From the sequence record OM386658.1: DNA of 64,000 nucleotides; one strand, written 5' to 3'. The notes below the pieces were generated by a model that did no database searches, had not been told where the DNA came from, and worked only from the letters and a program-made list of their open reading frames with translations. Position 1 is the first letter of the stretch. Each line of letters starts with the position of its first letter. This stretch comes from Escherichia phage vB_EcoM_ESCO32. Position numbers and translations under genes: made by a program. Positions 55,164-64,000 of this stretch are shown here, in pieces.

Positions 55164-55359
55164 TGTAGTTGTAACACTTATTCTTTAAGAAATCTTCTGC
55201 TTGTTTCTTGTGTTTTAGAATGATGCACTTCTCTTTATTCTGTTCTACATCATTATGTAGATTGTATAAGTTAGATGCACCATACAGAATACCAATTAAC
55301 AAAAGCAAAAAGATTGCGGTTGATAACAAAAATTGTTGCAACTTGTTTACAGACTTCAT
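55135..55359 (-). CDS. small membrane-anchored protein, paralog of 59853..60071
   Basis: N-terminal TM; shares EKCIILKHKKQAEDFLKNKC motif with EQCIVFKHQRDAEKFLALDC in the paralog. Confidence 0.4.
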   Translation of the reverse strand: MKSVNKLQQFLLSTAIFLLLLIGILYGASNLYNLHNDVEQNKEKCIILKHKKQAEDFLKNKCYNYIDYEETNND

Positions 55360-55582
55360 AAACCCTCCTTATCGTTAGTACACATTGATACTAACAAGAA
55401 GTTAAGATCGTGTCAACATCTTTGTGTTAATTTTATCCACTGTTCACATTCTTCTTTTGTGTCGTACTCTACAGGCTTTCCTGTATCATTTCCACAACCA
55501 TCTCCGAACGTAGCCCACCAGGAGAATAGAAAACAAGTTTCTCTTACTCTCCACTTATTGGCATAAGGTACAACATAATAAC

Positions 55583-55834
55583 TCATAAGATTGTGATCCT
55601 TAGCTCATTTTCTAAGGTATGTCTCACACATTCTTTGAAATTGTTATCAATATAAACCACACGTACTCCATGAGGTGTTTCTTTACATTCAAACACATTA
55701 TATACAGTGTCAGATAAGACATGTTGTACGTTTACTTGTCCAATACCATCTTTAACCACAACCATTACTTTCAGTAAACTTGTATGGTTTTTAACTTCAT
55801 CTTCTACGTATGCTACAACATCTTTGATATTCAT
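55583..55834 (-). CDS. hypothetical protein
   Basis: ORF track. Confidence 0.3.
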   Translation of the reverse strand: MNIKDVVAYVEDEVKNHTSLLKVMVVVKDGIGQVNVQHVLSDTVYNVFECKETPHGVRVVYIDNNFKECVRHTLENELRITIL

Positions 55835-56130
55835 CGTTTCTCCTGTTTAAGTACGATATAAGATTGACGAGATTTCCATCGTCCTATCTTAACAAGGCAA
55901 ATAATGCCTCTCTTTAACAGATATTTCATATCTTCGTCATAAGCTGTTTGCAATTGCCACTTACTGTTAACAGGAAGAGAACCATGTACCCTTAAATGAG
56001 CTAACAAATACTTTCTTCGCTCCTTCCCATAAGGCAGATATTGCCATTCTTTCTTTGATACAGGTTCATGTACTTTACGATGCCAGTAAGTAAGGTGTCT
56101 TCTTTTATGTAAACCCCTATTCCTTACCAT
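55831..56130 (-). CDS. hypothetical basic protein
   Basis: ORF track; Arg/Lys/His-rich. Confidence 0.3.
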   Translation of the reverse strand: MVRNRGLHKRRHLTYWHRKVHEPVSKKEWQYLPYGKERRKYLLAHLRVHGSLPVNSKWQLQTAYDEDMKYLLKRGIICLVKIGRWKSRQSYIVLKQEKR

Positions 56131-56369
56131 TATACCTCTACCTCCGTTACCCCAGGATCTCTAGTCCAGGTGTAGTAGAGCATACCATCTTCTTTCAGTG
56201 CAATGCGATCACTTTCGTCTCGAAGATATAGGTCACATACTACGCGCAGTTGCGGATCTGATCCGAGTAGTTCTGAAACAATAAGGTCATCACCGCTCAT
56301 ACGAGCAACAATCACTGCATATTGACCAGTATCTGCATCAAAAATTGGTTGTCCGATGTTTAATTGCAT
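56130..56369 (-). CDS. hypothetical protein
   Basis: ORF track. Confidence 0.3.
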   Translation of the reverse strand: MQLNIGQPIFDADTGQYAVIVARMSGDDLIVSELLGSDPQLRVVCDLYLRDESDRIALKEDGMLYYTWTRDPGVTEVEV

Positions 56370-56641
56370 TGTGTTGTCTCCTTATTCAGTACGTTGTTTT
56401 GTGCTGCGCACCAGCACTCATAAAAACCTTGGGTTAATGGCATAGTGTAATTTCCAGAAGGATCTCTTTCGAGATCCCCATCTGCATAACAACCACTACC
56501 TAAGAACCATTTTTCAAAATCGGATAAATCATACCAATCTACACTATTTTTCATATTATACTGTCTTATACCCGACAATGGCAACCTGATTCGTAGGCTT
56601 CCAACGACCAATAATCTCACCAGAAATCTCTGTGCTACCAT
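56360..56641 (-). CDS. hypothetical protein
   Basis: ORF track. Confidence 0.3.
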   Translation of the reverse strand: MVAQRFLVRLLVVGSLRIRLPLSGIRQYNMKNSVDWYDLSDFEKWFLGSGCYADGDLERDPSGNYTMPLTQGFYECWCAAQNNVLNKETTQCN

Positions 56642-57014
56642 TTATGTATTGGTAATGGGTATCATCATGATTAACCCACGCCATAACGTCAAGAGTAGGG
56701 GTTTTGACGTGTACCAGTAGTGTAGCCCATTCTGGGGCTTCTTTAATATCTACAGAATCTTGCCAATCTTCTTCGATGTGCCAAGTAGGTTCACCATCAA
56801 CATCTGTAATGAAGAAACGAGCTTTCATACGTTTAAAGAACATTGGTGTATACCCGTGATCGCACTCTGGGATAAAATCATCCATTGTCTCGTCATAGGT
56901 GAAATATTGTCCATCTTTGTAATGAAAAGATGCACAAAATAGTTCATTACGAGCAGGAACATGCCATACAGCTACAAAACTACGACCATGTGGATAATGT
57001 TTAACCTCTTGCAT
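56556..57014 (-). CDS. hypothetical protein
   Basis: ORF track trimmed to ATG after AAGGAG. Confidence 0.35.
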   Translation of the reverse strand: MQEVKHYPHGRSFVAVWHVPARNELFCASFHYKDGQYFTYDETMDDFIPECDHGYTPMFFKRMKARFFITDVDGEPTWHIEEDWQDSVDIKEAPEWATLLVHVKTPTLDVMAWVNHDDTHYQYINGSTEISGEIIGRWKPTNQVAIVGYKTV

Positions 57015-57030
57015 AGTTTTCTCCTTATTT

Positions 57031-57375
57031 TTATTCAAAAGAATCAATTCGATTTTGTTCTATGTCAATTGCAGCATCTAAGATAAGTTTTAATGCTTCA
57101 AATTGCAAGTGTTCTTCTAAAGAGAAGACGTATAAAACAACGGATTCCAAGTAAGACAGCACCCCAAGACTAAGAGTTGCAATTTCTACTCCTGCATCGG
57201 AGAAGCCTGTTTGCAAAACTTCTTTGAAGAAACGTTGTTTATCAACAATAGCAGATAAAATAAGCGTTTTACACTCGTCTGCTGATCGTACTGTGCAGTA
57301 TATGTTGCTAAAAGAATCTAGCCACATTTTGATCATACCCTGTCGGTACATAAGGATTTCAATATCAGCCAACAT
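57031..57375 (-). CDS. hypothetical protein
   Basis: ORF track trimmed to ATG after GAGGAG. Confidence 0.3.
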   Translation of the reverse strand: MLADIEILMYRQGMIKMWLDSFSNIYCTVRSADECKTLILSAIVDKQRFFKEVLQTGFSDAGVEIATLSLGVLSYLESVVLYVFSLEEHLQFEALKLILDAAIDIEQNRIDSFE

Positions 57376-57376
57376 A

Positions 57377-57544
57377 TTATTTCTCCTCTGGAGAGAGATT
57401 AGGATTGATTTGATAGTAAAAATCAAAATCCTTGTGTTGATCGCACCATTCTTGAGCTTCTTTAAATGACGCAAATTGCATAGTGAATGTTGCCATCCAC
57501 GTGTTCATACTTTTATTGAACTTGTCGATAAAAAATGTTTGCAT
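57377..57544 (-). CDS. hypothetical protein
   Basis: ORF track trimmed to ATG after GGGAGG. Confidence 0.3.
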   Translation of the reverse strand: MQTFFIDKFNKSMNTWMATFTMQFASFKEAQEWCDQHKDFDFYYQINPNLSPEEK

Positions 57545-57762
57545 TATTCCTCCCATTTTATCCAAAGGCAGTATTCTGGAACATAAACCTCCTTCCCTTT
57601 GTTATTTACAAAGGTGTACTCCACAAATTCTGCTTTATATGTTTTGTTATATTCCTCTGCTGCTGGCACAGGACATTTTGTAATGCGCGTTTCAGTCCAA
57701 CGGCGGTGTATAACCGCCTTGTTCTTTGGATCAAATGGATGTATAAAGTGCGTTTTACTCAT
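57544..57762 (-). CDS. hypothetical protein
   Basis: ORF track. Confidence 0.3.
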   Translation of the reverse strand: MSKTHFIHPFDPKNKAVIHRRWTETRITKCPVPAAEEYNKTYKAEFVEYTFVNNKGKEVYVPEYCLWIKWEE

Positions 57763-58159
57763 GCGCCATTTCCACCAGATTTTTAATCATAGTCTCTCGA
57801 CAGAGATTCCACATATCTGAAGCAACCATAGAGGCATATTCATCGGGGTTGGATTCTGGTAAAATCTCTTTAACGGCTTCTGGTGTCGGGTTGCACATAG
57901 CGGGTAGTGCTTTAAGTGCATCTTCAATAGAGAGCTTCTTACCTTCACTGTAAATAACTTCGTAATCATAGTCATTTACATCTTCTGGAATATCTCGATC
58001 CAGGAAACGTACAGTAGAGTTATGCATTTTGTTCATAGCTTCACTAACACCAGCGCCACAAAGCTGTGCAACTTCTTTAGAGATACAGTCACAAATAACA
58101 ACTTCGTAAGGCTTTCCACCATAATACTGCGCATTATATTTGATTTTAACAGACCACAT
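57755..58159 (-). CDS. hypothetical protein
   Basis: ORF track. Confidence 0.35.
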   Translation of the reverse strand: MWSVKIKYNAQYYGGKPYEVVICDCISKEVAQLCGAGVSEAMNKMHNSTVRFLDRDIPEDVNDYDYEVIYSEGKKLSIEDALKALPAMCNPTPEAVKEILPESNPDEYASMVASDMWNLCRETMIKNLVEMAHE

Positions 58160-58169
58160 ATTACTCTCC

Positions 58170-58856
58170 TTATTTAACGTGTTTTAGCAATTCAATGTTG
58201 GCAGAATAGTTTTCACCACAATTAGTAACGCTCAACAGTGACCATTTACAAGAGAATACACCTTTTAGATGATCTGGAACACACATCAGCGGAACATAAA
58301 CTGTTTCTGAATCTTCTGTTTGCTCTGTTTTGTTAACATTGCAACAAAATGGCAATACATCATCATGAATCATTTTACATTCACTCAAATTATCTAACAT
58401 ATGTGAAACTTGTTCTGAAGTTTCAAACATTTGTGCTTCACAAGCCAGCGCACCAACCACTTGATAAGCCTCTCCACACAAATCTTCTAGTTCTAAAATA
58501 CGTTCAGACATAGCTTCGATGATTGCTGATCGTGCTTCCACCTTAGTTTCTGCTTCTTTAATTTTCTTCTCAAGTTCTGCAATGTACTTCAGTAGCGCAC
58601 TAACAACATCTTGAGTATTTTCTTGGTCATCTTGGGAAATTTTTACCAAAGAAGAAGCTGCTTTGCAACGTACTTTAGGTTCTACATAACCAAAAGTCAT
58701 ATTTTCCGAAGAAGATTGTTGTGAAAACCAGTGTTTGTTCGAAGAAAACACAGGTTCATCTTCAAACCAGAACACATCTCCAGTGATATCACGAGCCATG
58801 AAATTTGCATTGTCTGGAACTTCGTAACGATGCCCTTCAAACATAATCTCTTTCAT
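58170..58856 (-). CDS. hypothetical protein with central coiled coil
   Basis: ORF track. Confidence 0.35.
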   Translation of the reverse strand: MKEIMFEGHRYEVPDNANFMARDITGDVFWFEDEPVFSSNKHWFSQQSSSENMTFGYVEPKVRCKAASSLVKISQDDQENTQDVVSALLKYIAELEKKIKEAETKVEARSAIIEAMSERILELEDLCGEAYQVVGALACEAQMFETSEQVSHMLDNLSECKMIHDDVLPFCCNVNKTEQTEDSETVYVPLMCVPDHLKGVFSCKWSLLSVTNCGENYSANIELLKHVK

Positions 58857-59440
58857 TACACATCCTCCATTTGGAACATCTCTTTGTGGTTAGAATAGAT
58901 CTGTTTGAAAATCTTGTCAAGGCGTTCATATGATTCTTTATGCTCTTGTTTCCATCCATGATTTCGGATTTTATCTGCCAAATCATAAGCCTCGCATAAA
59001 ACTTTGGCAAAGTTGGTATTATCTATAGCACAAGCCTCAAAACCTTGAACTAAACCCTCTACATCATACCATGTATAGTCAGAGTCACTAGGAGTCTTTC
59101 CTGCATCGGCTAAACGTTGCCTCACCCATTCGATACGTTTTTCATTCAAATGGCACTTACCTTCTCTACACTCTTGTTCTAATTCTTCTTTAGATTCATT
59201 GAATGGGTGAAGGACAGGTAGCTCTGCTTTTTGCAATTGCTCCAGATATTCTCCTACAATGCGCATAGCTTCACTGTGTGTACACTTTCTACCTGTGTGC
59301 CAGTAACGGAAGATACTTTCTGTTAAACAGATGTTTTTACTAAACATCGCATTATCTTTAACATTCGATCTATTAACCCAGTCTATATAATATACATAAA
59401 ACTGCAATAATTCATAACTGCTTGGTATAATTTTACTCAT
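58856..59440 (-). CDS. Cys-rich paralogous-family protein (member A, extended)
   Basis: Shares LLQFY..W, LHPFN, RIEWVRQRL motif pattern with 60064, 62356 and 62714 ORFs. Confidence 0.4.
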   Translation of the reverse strand: MSKIIPSSYELLQFYVYYIDWVNRSNVKDNAMFSKNICLTESIFRYWHTGRKCTHSEAMRIVGEYLEQLQKAELPVLHPFNESKEELEQECREGKCHLNEKRIEWVRQRLADAGKTPSDSDYTWYDVEGLVQGFEACAIDNTNFAKVLCEAYDLADKIRNHGWKQEHKESYERLDKIFKQIYSNHKEMFQMEDV

Positions 59441-59618
59441 AACCTCTCCTTAATTGTGAAAAATGTTATCGATCAGTATGACTAGTAGTACGAGGACAGA
59501 AGGGAGCAGGAATAGAAATCTTAACATTATGTGATGCGTGTGAGAAGCGGCTTTAGCGCCAGCCGCCAATAAGCCTACTAATCCTACAATAAAGAGCAGT
59601 TGTTCAGGGACACCCATA

Positions 59619-59843
59619 TTATGGAACACTTGGATACTCCGTAAGTTTGGCTAATAGTTGGATATGTGGACACGTAAACTGTTGTCCTGGATAGCGTGAG
59701 CTAATGTCATCCAGTAAAGCAATCACAGCATTGTGCAATGCTTCGTAATCCTCATAATACACCATCTCTCCATTAGGATCTTCAACAATATCACAGTGAC
59801 AAGCGTGAGCAGTACACGCATCCCATTCCAGACGTTTTACCAT
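59619..59843 (-). CDS. hypothetical Cys/His-rich protein
   Basis: ORF track. Confidence 0.3.
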   Translation of the reverse strand: MVKRLEWDACTAHACHCDIVEDPNGEMVYYEDYEALHNAVIALLDDISSRYPGQQFTCPHIQLLAKLTEYPSVP

Positions 59844-59852
59844 AAACCCTCC

Positions 59853-60071
59853 TTACTCATACATTTGATAAGATACATAACGATTGCAATCAAGTGCGAG
59901 AAACTTTTCAGCATCTCTTTGATGCTTGAACACAATACACTGTTCTTTTTTAGCTGCACTTTCACGAGCTTCTCTTGCCATATACTCACCTAAACGAATG
60001 ATACTAGAGAATAACACGTATGCAAGAATAAGACAAATAGTGATTGCACAGAAAGTTTTAAACTTAACCAT
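59853..60071 (-). CDS. small membrane-anchored protein, paralog of 55135..55359
   Basis: N-terminal TM FKTFCAITICLILAYVLF; conserved C-I-x-x-K-H...AE-x-FL...C motif. Confidence 0.4.
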   Translation of the reverse strand: MVKFKTFCAITICLILAYVLFSSIIRLGEYMAREARESAAKKEQCIVFKHQRDAEKFLALDCNRYVSYQMYE

Positions 60072-60432
60072 TGTATTCCTCCATATCACGAATACGATCA
60101 ATCACCCATTGTACACGTTCTTTATTAAGGTGTGCAATGCCTAACTCTGTTTCCGTAAAGTAATGTGAGAAATCTGTATTAAATGGGTGTAAATGGTTCA
60201 AACCCGCTTTCTTAAACTGTTCCTTCATTTCCTCTCGTACAGAGGACTGGAGGTTTGCTACATTCTCAACATCTTTTATCCAAGCAATATTGTACAAGAA
60301 GTCTACAAGACACGTGCAAAGACCATAATGCTTTTTGCTAAAGTTTGTATCTTCTTGTTCTAACCACCACTCATAAAATTGTAGCAAATAGGGGCTGCTT
60401 TTCATGTTACACACTTTATTATTTTCTTGCAT
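60064..60432 (-). CDS. Cys-rich paralogous-family protein (member B)
   Basis: LLQFYEWW, GLCTCLVDFL, HLHPFN, RVQWVIDRI. Confidence 0.45.
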   Translation of the reverse strand: MQENNKVCNMKSSPYLLQFYEWWLEQEDTNFSKKHYGLCTCLVDFLYNIAWIKDVENVANLQSSVREEMKEQFKKAGLNHLHPFNTDFSHYFTETELGIAHLNKERVQWVIDRIRDMEEYNG

Positions 60433-60441
60433 GGCTTCTCC

Positions 60442-60741
60442 TTAATGCCAATCTACGATCACTGAATCTACAAAACCCTCTTTGGTGTTTAAAGCATACA
60501 CCTTACTAAGCCCACGCTCTCGTAGTGCTTCCATAGCAAGATCAATCAAATCAACTTGGCGTTTCCTTGCTTGTTCATTTGTCGGATAGTCATCCAAACC
60601 GAAAACAGATGGTTTAAATGCTTTGGAGTATTTACCAGTTTTAGCCTGATCATAACAGTCCTGAATAACTTCATCAATAGGAAACCATAAACCTTCCCCG
60701 CTTTGCTTTGCAATACAGCGCAGTTTTTCTGTAACAGTCAT
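60442..60741 (-). CDS. hypothetical protein
   Basis: ORF track. Confidence 0.3.
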   Translation of the reverse strand: MTVTEKLRCIAKQSGEGLWFPIDEVIQDCYDQAKTGKYSKAFKPSVFGLDDYPTNEQARKRQVDLIDLAMEALRERGLSKVYALNTKEGFVDSVIVDWH

Positions 60742-60950
60742 TCTTCCTCTCCTTTCAATTTATACTCAAAGATACCATTCTTAATGTTATCTGTCAAATA
60801 AAGGTTATCTTCTATCTCTTCTTTTGTATACACATAAGCCTCCTTTTCCACGTCTGTCAGACCTTGCATCGGAGCTAGTAGCCACCAGCCCCGCCAGTCA
60901 AACATAGGAGACTTATCAGATACACGAAGAATGTATCTGGCATTACACAT
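60738..60950 (-). CDS. hypothetical protein
   Basis: ORF track. Confidence 0.3.
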   Translation of the reverse strand: MCNARYILRVSDKSPMFDWRGWWLLAPMQGLTDVEKEAYVYTKEEIEDNLYLTDNIKNGIFEYKLKGEEE

Positions 60951-60953
60951 ATA

Positions 60954-61406
60954 TTATACGATGTTCACACTAATATCTGCAACACCAACAAGAGAATAGA
61001 CTTCAACTACACTCTGTGTACGATCCAGCTTGTAACGTTTCGCCTCTTTTTCAACTTCCTCACGGGAGATGGTTTCCATGATCGGAACTCCATCCACTAC
61101 AAGCAGGTATTTCTCTTCGTGTTTACTTTTTGGTGCTTCCTCTAAGACTTCTACAAAATACTCAAACTCACTTTTTGCAAGCAACGTGTAACACTGAAGA
61201 AAGTCTCCTTCATTTTGAGCGATAATTTCTTGTTCTCCTGCTAAGGATTGCAAAGCAGTGACACCATACCAATCATCCACATCTAATACACGAAAATAGG
61301 AATCACCTAAAAAAGAAGCAATCCTGCTATTACACTCAGACATGTTAGCAAACTTACGGATATAAGATGGGTTTTTAAAACGATACACTTTACCAATTTC
61401 AAACAT
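60954..61406 (-). CDS. hypothetical protein
   Basis: ORF track. Confidence 0.35.
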   Translation of the reverse strand: MFEIGKVYRFKNPSYIRKFANMSECNSRIASFLGDSYFRVLDVDDWYGVTALQSLAGEQEIIAQNEGDFLQCYTLLAKSEFEYFVEVLEEAPKSKHEEKYLLVVDGVPIMETISREEVEKEAKRYKLDRTQSVVEVYSLVGVADISVNIV

Positions 61407-61609
61407 TACACAAATCCTTATTGTTCAAGAGTAAAAGGAATGATTTCACTATAGCTGTATTGCATGGCATTCACTTCTGCTTCTGCACGTTGTGCTAGTT
61501 CTAATGTTGCACAGATCTTGTAAGGTACAGTGCTGCATTGGCTCCAGCCTGGGGTATTCTTTGTTACTAAGTACACAGTAGTTTGTTTATCCATCTTCTT
61601 TTCCTCTCT

Positions 61610-61870
61610 TTAAACAGTATATTCGTGTGGAAGGAAAACATAATCTTCTCCTTCAACAACATCAACTACTTCCCACTTCCAGCCAGGTACTTGGCTCATT
61701 GTCTTGAATGACACATAAGCAACTCCGCTGTAAGCGATATCGGCATCTAATATAAGAGGGAAAGCAACGTGTGTCAACCCCAGATAACCACAATTATTTT
61801 CAATACACACCTGAATGCTTTTCATGTTATGCTCCATTAAAGACGGGGCGTGTAGCATTACGTTCATCAT
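61610..61870 (-). CDS. hypothetical protein
   Basis: ORF track. Confidence 0.3.
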   Translation of the reverse strand: MMNVMLHAPSLMEHNMKSIQVCIENNCGYLGLTHVAFPLILDADIAYSGVAYVSFKTMSQVPGWKWEVVDVVEGEDYVFLPHEYTV

Positions 61871-62285
61871 TCACTGTAATAAGGTTTTTCATAACCATAA
61901 CACCCTGAATATAGCCTAGCCAACGATGGCGTTTGGTTTCAGACATACCATTACTCCCATCCTGAATTTCACTCAACATCCACAGTAAGTGGGGAACACC
62001 TGTTTCACTGGTATCTGGATCTTCTACAGAACTAAGAATCGTTTCATAGCGTTCACAAATTTCTGGGTAGAATTCATAATCCTGTTGTACATCTCGCATT
62101 TCTCGAATGAAGTGACGAGCAATAGGCTTCCCACGAAAATATTCATTGATGAAATCAATAACACACATCTCGCTGCCTGTCACCACGGAAGGCGTTCCTA
62201 TGTTAAATTGAACACTCACACCGCATTCTTTTACAAGATTATGTACACGCTCCGTGTTAGCAAGATACAAAGATACAGTTTTCAT
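61827..62285 (-). CDS. hypothetical protein
   Basis: ORF track. Confidence 0.35.
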   Translation of the reverse strand: MKTVSLYLANTERVHNLVKECGVSVQFNIGTPSVVTGSEMCVIDFINEYFRGKPIARHFIREMRDVQQDYEFYPEICERYETILSSVEDPDTSETGVPHLLWMLSEIQDGSNGMSETKRHRWLGYIQGVMVMKNLITVNDERNATRPVFNGA

Positions 62286-62355
62286 TTACACCTCTCATTA
62301 GTAGTTTGTTATGCGCGATATTGCATATTTTATGGAACACAGTGTACAGGCATTT

Positions 62356-62724
62356 CTATTCAATGCAAGCATTATTTGCATCTTCGATTCTGTCTTTCAC
62401 CCATTGAAGACGTAACGTGTTGGTATGACACGCCAAGTCTATACACTCTGAAAGGTAATCCATGCAATCTGCATTGAACGGAAGATTGTAGTCCAGTCCT
62501 GCACATGTAAATTGTTTCCTCATTTCGTATTTCAAACTATCCAACAAACGATCACGCCATCTTTTATCTTCTTCTCTAGTTACCTCACCAACAAAATCAT
62601 CTACATAATCTACCAGACAACCACATAAGCCACTCGTTGTGCGATTCATTGCAGGATGGTTGGCAATCCATGCTTTATAGAATCGTATTAAAGCTGCACT
62701 ACTCAACGGAATATTACTTTTCAT
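62356..62724 (-). CDS. Cys-rich paralogous-family protein (member C)
   Basis: LIRFYKAW, GLCGCLVDYV, FTCAGLDYNLPFNAD, HTNTLRLQWVKDRI. Confidence 0.45.
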   Translation of the reverse strand: MKSNIPLSSAALIRFYKAWIANHPAMNRTTSGLCGCLVDYVDDFVGEVTREEDKRWRDRLLDSLKYEMRKQFTCAGLDYNLPFNADCMDYLSECIDLACHTNTLRLQWVKDRIEDANNACIE

Positions 62725-63148
62725 TATTACCCCCTAACACCAAACATGAATCGGCAATACGATCTTTCACCCACTGCAATCTCCCTGGGTTAGTATGGCA
62801 AGAATGTTTCTTACCTTCATCTTCATAACACAGAAGGTCATCATTAAAGGGCAGGAAGGAGGATAGCCCAGCACACGTGAATTGCAATTTCATCTCTTCT
62901 AGCGTTTTACTACGAACCATCTTGAAATGTTCTATATCTTCTTGCGTAGGTTTTTTCTTTGACATAGTGGTTGCCAGATAATCCATAAGGCAAATACACA
63001 AACCAACATTCTCACGATGCATTGAGGAATGATCTTCCATCCATGCTTTGTAAAATTCTAACAGCAGTGGACTGCTAAGAGGAACACACATATCAGACTC
63101 CTTTATAAATTTACGTTTCATGCCACACATCATACAGCATCTTTTCAT
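62714..63148 (-). CDS. Cys-rich paralogous-family protein (member D)
   Basis: LLEFYKAW, GLCICLMDYL, FTCAGLSSFLPFNDD, HTNPGRLQWVKDRI; closest to member C. Confidence 0.45.
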   Translation of the reverse strand: MKRCCMMCGMKRKFIKESDMCVPLSSPLLLEFYKAWMEDHSSMHRENVGLCICLMDYLATTMSKKKPTQEDIEHFKMVRSKTLEEMKLQFTCAGLSSFLPFNDDLLCYEDEGKKHSCHTNPGRLQWVKDRIADSCLVLGGNNEK

Positions 63149-63464
63149 CTATTACAAGAACAGCAACATAGAAACATCATTAATGGAGGGCTTAGTATAG
63201 GAATTAGTATAGGTATTCCCTATCAATTATTCTATATATACCTATTATTTTTAACACACCCCTTTGTACATAATATAGACAAATAAATATCTATGCCACA
63301 AAAATTTTCCGGTATACCCGATTTATTTCGACACACCCTTTTTCATAAGCGTAAAGTCAATAATATCAATAACTTGCCGCAAAATACTGCTCGCTTGCGA
63401 GAGGTGCTTAACGCGATTTTCAGCGCCCCCCGATTTCTGCCGACCGTCCCCCTCAAATATCAAT

Positions 63465-63483
63465 GAGAATAATTATCATTTGC
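63465..63483 (+). promoter_or_regulatory. Fur-box-like palindrome (GAGAATAATTATCATTTGC)
   Basis: 14 of 19 positions match the Fur consensus GATAATGATAATCATTATC; part of a ~20-bp direct repeat. Confidence 0.3.
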
Positions 63484-63658
63484 ATTATCATTCAATGACT
63501 TATAAGACTTTTGATTATTTTCTGAGCAAGAAAGGTACTACTCACAACAAAACAGATAAATTCTAAGTAAATCAATGGCTTGGCAAGTCTAAACATCTAT
63601 ATACACCTTGCCAAATGAAATGATCTGGCGTGAAATAGTGCCACCCGTGGAAGATAAC

Positions 63659-63678
63659 TGATAATGATTATCATTTGC
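63659..63678 (+). promoter_or_regulatory. Fur-box-like palindrome (GATAATGATTATCATTTGC)
   Basis: 16 of 19 positions match the Fur consensus; second copy of the repeat. Confidence 0.35.
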
Positions 63679-64000
63679 ATACTTTCTGTACTATAAAACC
63701 GACTAAAAATCAAGATAATTCTGATTTATTGCGCTTTTAAGAAAGTAGGCTCAACAAATAGGGGAATACATTGCAACAAATGAGGTATGTTATAGGGGCA
63801 ATAGTATGAAAAATCATCTATTCAGATAAAATAATTTTGCGCAATAGTGGCAATATTTTTCTTGACAAGAAAGATTTCTTTGTGTTCACATAGCGCCCCC
63901 TGGAGGGTGGCGCATTATGATCATCAGTGTCATTATTCATTTCAGTGTTATTATTCACCATGTTTATTATATGCAGCTTATATTATAGCCAATGTTCTAA

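Noticed and set aside
63149-64000. Terminal ~850 bp being host chromosomal DNA flanking a prophage
   Set aside because: Composition and repeat content are continuous with the phage intergenic regions and there is no integrase or att-like junction; more likely a phage regulatory or terminal region, though this cannot be settled from the window alone.
1-64000. CRISPR array or other long tandem repeats
   Set aside because: No regularly spaced direct repeats with unique spacers were seen; the repeated elements present are terminator hairpins and short regulatory motifs.

Overview
This 64 kb window reads as a contiguous segment of a large, AT-rich, virulent tailed phage genome (the gene content resembles Felix O1-like myoviruses, but that assignment is a low-confidence guess). 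All calls are from manual reading of the supplied six-frame translations and the raw sequence; no searches or tools were run, so family assignments rest on recognised motifs and gene order.

The window has three transcription blocks:
- **38-14904, minus strand:** a head-morphogenesis and packaging module (terminase large subunit, portal, putative protease and scaffold, decoration protein, major capsid protein), overlapping spanin-like genes, a packed array of about 17 tRNA genes, and an NAD+ reconstitution gene pair (PRPP-synthetase-like Adps plus NAMPT-like Namat).
- **15325-50731, plus strand:** early/middle genes, including an RNA-repair-like cassette (metallophosphoesterase, Rnl1-like RNA ligase, Pnk-like kinase), a T7-like ATP-dependent DNA ligase, nucleotide metabolism (thymidine kinase, ThyX, NrdA/NrdB, glutaredoxin, MazG-like, deoxyribonucleotidase), a complete dTDP-L-rhamnose pathway (RmlB-A-C-D), T4-type lysozyme, PhoH, an HslV-like hydrolase, two DNA methyltransferases, a small serine recombinase, a PPP-family phosphatase, a DprA-like protein and a SIR2-family protein.
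- **50907-63148, minus strand:** about 35 small genes of unknown function, including a four-member Cys-rich paralogous family and a pair of paralogous small membrane proteins. The last ~850 bp are non-coding and carry Fur-box-like repeats.

The strongest candidates for something new are:
- a mini-intein splitting the terminase Walker A motif;
- the phage-adapted rhamnose pathway with no glycosyltransferase in view;
- the zinc-ribbon-less SIR2 protein co-resident with the NAD+ reconstitution genes;
- the three-gene RNA-repair cassette next to the tRNA array;
- the uncharacterised paralogous family at the right end.
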